52,941 nucleotides of DNA from Chthoniobacteraceae bacterium (GTDB taxonomy: Bacteria > Verrucomicrobiota > Verrucomicrobiia > Chthoniobacterales > Chthoniobacteraceae): NCBI GenBank assembly GCA_031409655.1, contig JANNXQ010000179.1, positions 1-52,941 of the forward strand, read 5' to 3'. Shown here piece after piece: positions 45,908-52,941 of the stretch; the first letter of the stretch is position 1, and the number at the start of each line of letters is the position of its first letter. The notes under the pieces were generated by a model. The model was not told the origin of the DNA. It saw only the letters and a program-made list of their open reading frames with translations, and did not search any database. A program made the translations under genes and the position numbers.

Positions 45908-48900
45908 TCAACCTTTCGTAATGGTCTCATCGAGATTCAGCAGCGCCGCGGCCACGGCATACCACGCGGCAAATTCCGTTGCGTCGGTGCCCGCCGGCAG
46001 CGTGAAGTCGCCCACGAAAGTTTTCGCGCCCGCAGGATCAGCAGCGCGGGCAGAGCGTTCCGCTTCGAGTAAACTGCGGAGCGTTGCGGCCTCCTCGGCG
46101 CTGGCGTTCCGAGCGGTGGCAATGCGAAAGGCTTGCGCGATGCGGGCGTTGGCGGTGGCGGTCGGTTGCTCGGTGAGGATGCGCTGCGCGAAGGCCATGG
46201 CGGCTTCCACATACACGGGATCGTTCATCAAGGTGAGCGCCTGGAGCGGGGTATTCGAGCGCGGGCGTTTCACGCGGCAGGCCAGGCGCGCATTGGCGTC
46301 GAAATTCACGAAGCTCGGATAAGGCGCACCACGCTTCAGCACGACGTAGAGTCCGCGACGGTACTTCGTTTCGCCGGGGCTCACTTCGTAATCGTACTTC
46401 TGCCCGCCGACTTTCACCCAAAGTCCATCCGGCTGCGGAGGCCGGATGGGTTGCCCGCCCTGGCCGAGGCTGAGCAGGCCGGAGATGGCGAGCGCGTTGT
46501 CGCGGATGGCTTCGGCATCGAGGCGGAAGCGCGGGCCGCGGGCGTAGAAAAGATTGCGATCATCCTTCGCGAGCAAATCCGGCGTGACCCGCGAGGACTG
46601 TCGATAAGTCGCGCTCGTGACGATGGTCTTGAGCAGCTTTTTGAAGGACCAACCATGGTCCATGAACTCGACGGCCAGCCAGTCGAGCAACTCGGGATGC
46701 GTGGGCGCCTCGCCTTTCAGGCCGAAGTCCTCGGGCGTGGTGACGAGACCGTGACCGAAAATTTCCGCCCACCAGCGATTCACGGTGACGCGGGCGACGA
46801 GCGGATTCTCCCGACTCACGAGCCAGCGCGCGAGGTCGAGGCGGGTGGGCGTTTCGCTGGCCTTCAGCGGATGCAAGATCGCGGGGACCGACGGCGCGAC
46901 CTTCTCACCCGGCGAGCGGAAGTCGCCGCGCTCAAAGAGGGCGTTCATGCGCGGTTCGGCGAGTTCCTGCATCACGAGTGTCGTCGCGGGTTTCAGCGTG
47001 CGGAGTTCGGCGGTCAGGCGCGCCTTCTCCTTTTCGAGGGCCGCGTGTTCCGGGATTTCGCGGAGGCGAAACTCGGTGAGGGCTTTTGTCTGCGCGGGGG
47101 TGCGCTGGGCAGCGGGAACCTTGAGCGTGGCGACGATCTCGTCGGGGAGCGACTGGCCGCCAACATGGCCGGTGATGGCAGTGAGCCGCACGCGGCCGAT
47201 AGTGCGGCCTCCGCCGAAGTTTTGCTCGAGGCGAAACTTCAGCACGACGCCATCCGCGCTGCCCACGGGCGCAGCCGTCTCCAGAATCGCCCAATGTGGC
47301 TGGTGCAACTGCGGCGTAATCGCCCAACCGCTGCGCGCGTCGTTCTCCTTGAGCAAGTTCGCGACGACGAGATTCTTCTGCGAAAACGAGGCGGTCGCCT
47401 TCGTGAAAGTCACCGGCACGGCGCGGTCGGGCGCGGTCGCGGGCGCGGCGGTGACGGTGAAATTATTGAGGACAAAGTTGGGCCGCTTTTCGTCGCCGCG
47501 TCCCGGTCCCATGCCGGGCAAGGAGTCGTCGGTGAGCGCTTCGAGTTTGAGCGCGCGGATGTCGGCGAGCTTGGTCTTCGCTTCGATGATGTAGGTGTCT
47601 TTGTCCGGCGCGGGTTCGCCGCTCAGGAGCACGGATTTATCGGGCTGCACTTCGTGCGTCGCGCCGCCGAGCGACTCAAACGATGCGACCTCGAGCACAT
47701 GCTCGACGGGCGCGGAGGCGATCTTTTCCAGCAGCGCCGTCTCCCATTCCGCAGTCGGCGCGGAGGCTTTCGTGAGCTTGAAAATTTTTCGACTGACCTC
47801 AGCGATTCGCGCGGCGAGCTCGATGCGCTGCAGGTCCAGCGCGGCGTCGCTCAAAGGCATCTCCGGTCCGAGGAAGGCGATGGAGCCGGGCACTTTCGGA
47901 TTCTTCCGATCGGCCTCGAGCGCGCCGCCATTGAAAAAGGAAAAGAGCCCGTAGTATTCGCGCTGCGAGAAAGGGTCGTACTTGTGATCGTGGCACTGCG
48001 CGCATTCGAGCGTCGCGCCGAGCCAGATCATGCCGACGGTGTTCACCCGATCATGCACTTGATTGACGCGCGTCTCTTCAGGATCGCTGCCGGCCTCGAC
48101 GTTCGTTGGCGCACTGCGGTTAAAGCCGGTGGCGATGCGCTGCGCTTCGGTCGCATTTGGGAGCAGATCGCCCGCGAGCTGCTCGATGGTGAATTGATCG
48201 AACGGCATGTCGGCGTTCAGCGCATTCACGACCCAGTCGCGATACGGCCAGAGGTCGCGCAGGTCGTCGCGCTGAAAGCCGTGGGAGTCGGCATAGCGCG
48301 CGTAATCGAGCCACGGCCGCGCCCAGCGCACGCCGAATTGCGGGGAGGCGAGGAGGCGGTCTGCCGCCGCGGCGATGGCCGATGGCAAATCGCCACTGGC
48401 CGCTTTGGTGAACGCATCGACTTCCTCCGTCGGCGGCGGCAGCCCGATGAGATCGAGCGAAAGTCGGCGGATGAGCGTGGCGGGATCGGCCTCTGGCGAA
48501 GGCGGGAGATTTTCCTCAGCGAGCTTCTTTGAGACGAAGGCGTCGATCGGATTCAAGGAGCGGCGGTTTGCAACCGCCGTCGGCGATTGCCAATCGCCGC
48601 TCCCGGCTGGCTCCCCCGTCCGCACGGGCTTCACATACGCCCAATGCTTCGCGGGCTTCACGCCTTCCGGCCAGACGGCTCCGGCGTCGATCCAGGCTTT
48701 GACGCGATCGGTCTCGGCTTTCGTCAGCGGTTCACCGCGGTTCGGCATCGCGTCCTCGTGATCTTTCGGCAGCGTGATGCGGACGTAGAGATCGCTCTTC
48801 GCCGCGTCGCCTTTCACGATCACGTCCTCATTGGCAAAGGCACCCTCGGGATTATCGAGTCGCAGCTTGCCCTTCTGCTTCTTCGCATCGTGGCACTCAA

Positions 48901-49009
48901 AGCAGGAGCGCTGGAGGATCGGGAAGACGTCGCGGGCGAAATCAACGGCGGCAGCGGCCGTCTGGGAAACGACCGCGAAGGTGAAAGCGATGAGGTGGAC
49001 GAGACGCAT
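45908..49009 (-). CDS. PSD1 / planctomycete cytochrome c protein (DUF1549 + DUF1553)
   Basis: CFECH and [11 protein letters not shown] heme motifs. [42 protein letters not shown]. Confidence 0.92.
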   Translation of the reverse strand: MRLVHLIAFTFAVVSQTAAAAVDFARDVFPILQRSCFECHDAKKQKGKLRLDNPEGAFANEDVIVKGDAAKSDLYVRITLPKDHEDAMPNRGEPLTKAETDRVKAWIDAGAVWPEGVKPAKHWAYVKPVRTGEPAGSGDWQSPTAVANRRSLNPIDAFVSKKLAEENLPPSPEADPATLIRRLSLDLIGLPPPTEEVDAFTKAASGDLPSAIAAAADRLLASPQFGVRWARPWLDYARYADSHGFQRDDLRDLWPYRDWVVNALNADMPFDQFTIEQLAGDLLPNATEAQRIATGFNRSAPTNVEAGSDPEETRVNQVHDRVNTVGMIWLGATLECAQCHDHKYDPFSQREYYGLFSFFNGGALEADRKNPKVPGSIAFLGPEMPLSDAALDLQRIELAARIAEVSRKIFKLTKASAPTAEWETALLEKIASAPVEHVLEVASFESLGGATHEVQPDKSVLLSGEPAPDKDTYIIEAKTKLADIRALKLEALTDDSLPGMGPGRGDEKRPNFVLNNFTVTAAPATAPDRAVPVTFTKATASFSQKNLVVANLLKENDARSGWAITPQLHQPHWAILETAAPVGSADGVVLKFRLEQNFGGGRTIGRVRLTAITGHVGGQSLPDEIVATLKVPAAQRTPAQTKALTEFRLREIPEHAALEKEKARLTAELRTLKPATTLVMQELAEPRMNALFERGDFRSPGEKVAPSVPAILHPLKASETPTRLDLARWLVSRENPLVARVTVNRWWAEIFGHGLVTTPEDFGLKGEAPTHPELLDWLAVEFMDHGWSFKKLLKTIVTSATYRQSSRVTPDLLAKDDRNLFYARGPRFRLDAEAIRDNALAISGLLSLGQGGQPIRPPQPDGLWVKVGGQKYDYEVSPGETKYRRGLYVVLKRGAPYPSFVNFDANARLACRVKRPRSNTPLQALTLMNDPVYVEAAMAFAQRILTEQPTATANARIAQAFRIATARNASAEEAATLRSLLEAERSARAADPAGAKTFVGDFTLPAGTDATEFAAWYAVAAALLNLDETITKG
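48557..48603. repeat. REP-like doublet inside the coding sequence
   Basis: GGAG-CGGCGGTT TGC AACCGCCG-T-CGGCGATT GCC AATCGCCG-CTCC: two perfect 8-bp hairpins with complementary GGAG/CTCC ends. Confidence 0.75.
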
Positions 49010-49056
49010 GGATCGAAGGGGAAATCCGGTGAGTGGCGCGGTGTTAGTCGCGACGT

Positions 49057-50580
49057 TTAGTTCGCGCTTGGCGGCGGCGCCTCGAAGCCCGCCTCGGTGC
49101 GGACCAGTTCGGACTCCAATGCGGAACGGAGCGCCGCGGCCCGCGTGGCGTATTCGCTGTCGGCCACGCGGTTGGTCAGTTCGTCGGGATCGGCACTCAG
49201 ATCATAGAGTTCCTCACCGACTCCGGGCTCGAGATAGCGGATGTATTTCAAACCACTCTGGACGATCGAAACATACCATGGGACATGGTGGTAGGTGGCC
49301 TCCGCGGGGCTCTGCCGGACGAGGTTCGCGACGTCCGAGCCGTAGCGATCGCCGGTGAATTCGTAGAGACAGGGATGCGGCCAGGCGGCGGCGGGCTCGC
49401 GGAGCCGCGGCGCGAGATCGTGGCCATGCAGGGCCCAGGGGATCTTCACCTCAGCCAGGGCGCAGAAGGTGGCGACAAGGTCGGCGGCGTTCACCGGCGT
49501 GGGGCAGACTTTCCCGGACGGAAAACGCGCCGGCATCGAGACGATGAGCGGCGAGCGATAGGTCGCGTCATACGGTGCGAGCTTGGTGCGGAAGCCGTGT
49601 TCACCCATACCGAAGCCTTGGTCGGCGGAATAGACGATCAGCGTGTTTTCGAGCTGCCCACTTTCGCGCAGCGCGTCGATCAATCGCCCCACGCCTTCGT
49701 CCACTGCGGGCACACACTCATTCACCTGGCGTACCCAGTTCGCGAAGGTCGCCTTCTTCTTCCCGCTCTCGTCGCCAAAGGCTTCGCCGCTTTTCCCGGC
49801 GATGGGCTGGCCATCCTCGCCGCGCGCCCAGGCCTGGGTCTTGTCGAGATAGGCGGGTTTGTCCGGACGCGGCGGAAAGATATCCGCCGGAGTCGGCACC
49901 TCGGCGTCTTTGTAAGTGCCCCGGTGTCGCGCGGCAGGTTTCGCGGGACCGTGGACGCTGCCGTAGCAAAGCCAGAGATACCACGGCTTCGTCGCGTCGC
50001 GGTTTTTGCCGCGGATATATTCGCAGGCCCAGTCGGTGTAGTTATCCGCCGGATAACCCTCGACCGTTTTCTCCACGCCATCGATCGCAAGGATCTGCGA
50101 CTCGTAATAAGCGCCCGCGTTCGCCGGATGCTTCGGCCGATTCCAGACGATCTGATGATCCCAGTCACGCCCCCACCCCGAATCGATGCCGGTGTGCCAT
50201 TTCCCGATGTGCGCCGTGTGATACCCCTGCTGCCGGAAGACCGCCGGCCAAAACGGACACTGCTCCGGATCGTAAGCACTCGCGGGATACTTTCCCGCCA
50301 TGCGCATCGACTCCACCCCATGCGGCTGTCGCCCCGTAAGCAGCGACGCCCGCGACGGCATGCACCAGGCCCCGAGATAGGCCGCGTGAAAACGCACGCC
50401 ATTCGCCGCGAGCCGATCAAGGTTCGGCGTCTTCACCCACGGCCATGACTCCGGGTAACAGCCGACGGTCTTGTACGATTGATCGTCGGCGAGGACGAAG
50501 AGGATATTCGGTCGCACCGCCGCGGTGACGTCGCCGAGGAAGCTGCCGAGGGTCAAAAGCGAAACGAGGAGAGTGCGCAT
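49057..50580 (-). CDS. Secreted Cys-type sulfatase
   Basis: RPNILFVLADDQ, formylglycine motif CMPSRASLLTG, GKWH, YSADQG, ELYDLSADPDE. Confidence 0.93.
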   Translation of the reverse strand: MRTLLVSLLTLGSFLGDVTAAVRPNILFVLADDQSYKTVGCYPESWPWVKTPNLDRLAANGVRFHAAYLGAWCMPSRASLLTGRQPHGVESMRMAGKYPASAYDPEQCPFWPAVFRQQGYHTAHIGKWHTGIDSGWGRDWDHQIVWNRPKHPANAGAYYESQILAIDGVEKTVEGYPADNYTDWACEYIRGKNRDATKPWYLWLCYGSVHGPAKPAARHRGTYKDAEVPTPADIFPPRPDKPAYLDKTQAWARGEDGQPIAGKSGEAFGDESGKKKATFANWVRQVNECVPAVDEGVGRLIDALRESGQLENTLIVYSADQGFGMGEHGFRTKLAPYDATYRSPLIVSMPARFPSGKVCPTPVNAADLVATFCALAEVKIPWALHGHDLAPRLREPAAAWPHPCLYEFTGDRYGSDVANLVRQSPAEATYHHVPWYVSIVQSGLKYIRYLEPGVGEELYDLSADPDELTNRVADSEYATRAAALRSALESELVRTEAGFEAPPPSAN

Positions 50581-50863
50581 GGGAGGAAGTGGCGGTTGAC
50601 GTTCAGTGTTTGCACCGTTTCGTCACTTTTGTAACGAAGGCAAAGACCGAAAGTTTCAAACGCTCGCCGGCCTTAGCACTCGCAGCTTGTGCTCGCTCAG
50701 AACCACAAAACATGCCGCCCAAGACTCGACATCCTCGCTCGCGAAAACTTCGGCAATCCGTCGCATGAGCGCCAGGCGCCCCGCATCGTGAAGGCGAAGC
50801 AGGAGCAGACCCGAATGGCCTTAAGTTAAGGGCGATTTGGGAACGAGCGCACCATGGACAACT

Positions 50864-51057
50864 CTGTCATTCCGAGCGGAGCGGAGCGGAGTCGAGGAAC
50901 CTCATCCTTCCGCGGGCAGCGGTGGCGCGGAGCTGCACCGTGGGTCGCGCGCAGGCTCCGCGCCGCCGCTGCCCGCGGAGATCGGCTCGCCCACCCACCA
51001 ACCGCCCTATTCCCCTCCGCCGCCTCGGAGGTTCCTCGACTCCGCTCGGAATGACAG
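50864..51057. repeat. GTCATTCCGAG-type palindromic element with a nested hairpin
   Basis: CTGTCATTCCGAGC(GGAGC)2GGAGTCGAGGAACCTC ... GAGGTTCCTCGACTCCGCTCGGAATGACAG, enclosing TCCGCGGGCAGCGG...CCGCTGCCCGCGGA (about 50910-50979). Confidence 0.85.
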
Positions 51058-51281
51058 CGTTGACGCTGCAATCCGTGGTTCCTACTTCCGGATTTAGCGG
51101 TTTGTCCTTCGTTTCCGCAGATGAGTTTCGGTCGGTTCGCGAGATGGATGCTCCGCTGGCGGAACGGCGATTTCTTCGGCGGTTCTTCACGGCTACCCTT
51201 GCCGTAATAGCGCAGGCAACCGTCCTCGACGCCGGCAAAGGCAGGAGTTTGAATCTTGAGTAGCCCGCCCCGGGCTCCGCA

Positions 51282-52010
51282 TCACCCCGCGTATGGGCGG
51301 GTGGCGGGGATGTCGAATTCCTTGCGGATGCCGATGTTCGCGGGGTCGTGCCAGGGCCAGAGGGCGTCGGCGGCGAATTGGATTTTCTGGCGCTTTTCCA
51401 CCAGGGCATCGACCCGCGTCTTCGCGACCGCGCGAGTCGCGGAGGCGTCGCCGCCGGTGCCGGTCTGGGTGTGTTCGCTGTTCACGTAGCGCTGGCGCAG
51501 GGTTTTGAGGGCGGCGATTTTTGCGGGGGTGATGCCGGGGAGCTGGTCGGTCTCGACGGCGTTGACGATGTCCTCGCTGGCTTGCTCGAGGACGGCTCGG
51601 TTGCCGCCGAGCCGGTCGCCGATGTGGTAGTTCGCGAGCGCCCCGGCTTTCGAGCCGTGCTTCTGCCGGGCGCGCGCCTGCACGGCCTGGAGGGCACGGA
51701 TGAGCTGCTCTTCGAGGGTGAGGCCTTCTTCGGTGGCGATTTCCTTTTCGGTGGTTTTCTGGGTGGCGACGCCGAGCAGTTTGCGCACGGCGCCAACTTC
51801 CTCAAAGATCGCTTCGAGGAAGGGCTCCGTGACATCGCTGCCATCGGCGGAGAGGAAGGTGATGCGGTCGGGCTGGACGGCGGCTTTGGTGACATTGTCC
51901 ACGCGCGAAAGCGAGAGGGCGAGGGCTTGATTGATGCCGGAGGACGCCGGGCTCGACGAGCCGGACTGGGGTTCCGGGGCGGGTGCGGGAGTGGGTGTGG
52001 TGTCGGGCAT
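51282..52010 (-). CDS. Hypothetical alpha-helical protein
   Basis: 242 aa from MPDTTPTPAP with host-like codon use. The upstream 212 codons of the listed ORF run through repeats and the transposase remnant and are not credible. Confidence 0.7.
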   Translation of the reverse strand: MPDTTPTPAPAPEPQSGSSSPASSGINQALALSLSRVDNVTKAAVQPDRITFLSADGSDVTEPFLEAIFEEVGAVRKLLGVATQKTTEKEIATEEGLTLEEQLIRALQAVQARARQKHGSKAGALANYHIGDRLGGNRAVLEQASEDIVNAVETDQLPGITPAKIAALKTLRQRYVNSEHTQTGTGGDASATRAVAKTRVDALVEKRQKIQFAADALWPWHDPANIGIRKEFDIPATRPYAG

Positions 52011-52154
52011 AAGTCGTGATTCGTTTCTGACGTGCGGCAGAGTTGAGCAGGAGGCTTGCCTGATCCTCGGAGAATTTTCTTGCCCGCTCATCTCCCGTGA
52101 AATTTCCCCGGTAAGCCGGGAGTTCGCACCAAGGCTCGCTGGCCCGATGGAAGA

Positions 52155-52290
52155 AACCGCGGATTTCACAGATGACACGGATTCATCGAAATGCGTGGGT
52201 CCGCCGGCTCCTCGTCCGTTCGCCGAATGGGTGAGTATGCGAGGCGCCCCGAGTGCTTGGAAATCCGTGCCATCCGTGCAATCCGTGGTT
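52155..52290. repeat. Palindrome with 9-mer periodic arms (CACGGAT type)
   Basis: AACCGCGGATTTCACAGATGACACGGATT vs AATCCGTGCCATCCGTGCAATCCGTGGTT. Confidence 0.82.
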
Positions 52291-52293
52291 CGC

Positions 52294-52461
52294 CTCGTTC
52301 CAAAACTGCGTTTTGGAATGCCCTTGCGGGCGCAACTATGTTGCGGTGCCGGTTCGGCGAAGCCCCCGGGCCTGCGGTCGTTGCAAACATCCCATCCACC
52401 TGCCGCGCAACACAGTTGCCCCACACACTGGCATGCCCAAACTCCGCAGTTTGGGCACGAG
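52294..52461. repeat. REP-like doublet (CTCGTTCC...GGCACGAG type)
   Basis: CTCGTTCCAAAACTGCGTTTTGGAATGCC (52294-52322) vs GGCATGCCCAAACTCCGCAGTTTGGGCACGAG (52430-52461). Each arm is itself a hairpin; there is an inner pair GCAAC-N-GTTGC. Confidence 0.72.
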
Positions 52462-52475
52462 GAAATGTCGCCTGA

Positions 52476-52941
52476 CCCCGGATCCCGGGCGGGCTTTATT
52501 TTCTTAGCCGGGAGAAGGACAATATGTGCCTGGAGGTCGTGGGTGAGAACCGCTGGGATCGCGCTGACCCACGGAACGCGGGTGTGCTGGCCGATGAACT
52601 GGTACCCACCAGCCAGGGCGTCAGTGTGCGGCGGGTGCGTTACCACTGCGTGTTACGAGGGGAGGAGTTTAGCTTCCTGACCAGCGAATCCACCCTGCCC
52701 CCGGGAGTGATCGCGCACCTTTACCGGTTGCGCTGGGAAATCGAAAAGACCTTCGACGAACTCAAGAACAAACTGGGAGAGACCAAGGCGTGGGCCAGCC
52801 CGGCCAACGCCAAAGCCATGCAGGCGCACTTCCTTTGTCTGGCGCATAACCTGATGATCCTGTGCGAAGCGGAGCTGGCCTGCGTTCACGGCGTGCGCAA
52901 CGCAGCGGAACTGGCCCGGCGCGCGCGGCGACTCGAGAACG
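52476..52941 (+). mobile_element. IS4-family DDE transposase, 5'-truncated remnant (runs off the right edge)
   Basis: Manual translation GLYFLSREKDNM...FSFLTSESTLPPGVIAHLYRLRWEIEKTFDELKNKL (Y-x2-R-x3-E-x6-K signature). In-frame TGA at 52473-52475. Confidence 0.85.

Noticed and set aside
2279..50448. Other long antisense or alternate-frame ORFs (e.g. 2279..3937, 4711..6285, 5871..7934, 26591..28981, 42716..44170, 46133..48532, 49285..50448)
   Set aside because: Each overlaps a well-supported gene on the opposite strand and has shadow-like composition.
50673..50699. CIRCE-like site TTAGCACTC-N9-GCTCGCTCA
   Set aside because: The left half is perfect, but the right half matches only 5 of 9 positions and no chaperone gene follows.

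Overview
High-GC bacterial DNA, most likely Verrucomicrobiota (inferred from IExLExRIAPA-leader proteins, a DUF1501 plus PSD1/planctomycete-cytochrome pair, a sulfatase and Verrucomicrobia-style C-terminal domains). Left end: a type I restriction-modification locus (hsdR, partial hsdM) with a Phd/PIN toxin-antitoxin pair and its palindromic operator inserted between the two genes. Upstream is a frameshifted four-helix-bundle gene, flanked by heptamer-repeat palindromes, lying between two remnants of a second, destroyed hsdM. Then come a GH5, a tricorn-like S41 protease with a premature amber codon, and a three-gene operon of large surface proteins (two cyclophilin fusions around a 26-aa-repeat Gly-rich protein). 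The middle holds pyc, dapF, panC, nadB and a three-gene phosphorelay. The right half holds sugar and sulfate catabolism genes (TIM-barrel isomerase, PMI-like cupin, GH74-like, MFS, split UxaA/SuyAB-like dehydratase, DUF1501, PSD1, sulfatase), an orphan gene and a 5'-truncated IS4 transposase. The window is unusually rich in small palindromic elements: two copies of a ~170-bp MITE, both abutting stop codons; 6/7/8/9-mer periodic palindromes; and REP doublets, one translated in-frame inside a gene. No rRNA, tRNA or CRISPR array was seen. All calls come from reading motifs by eye; no database search was run.
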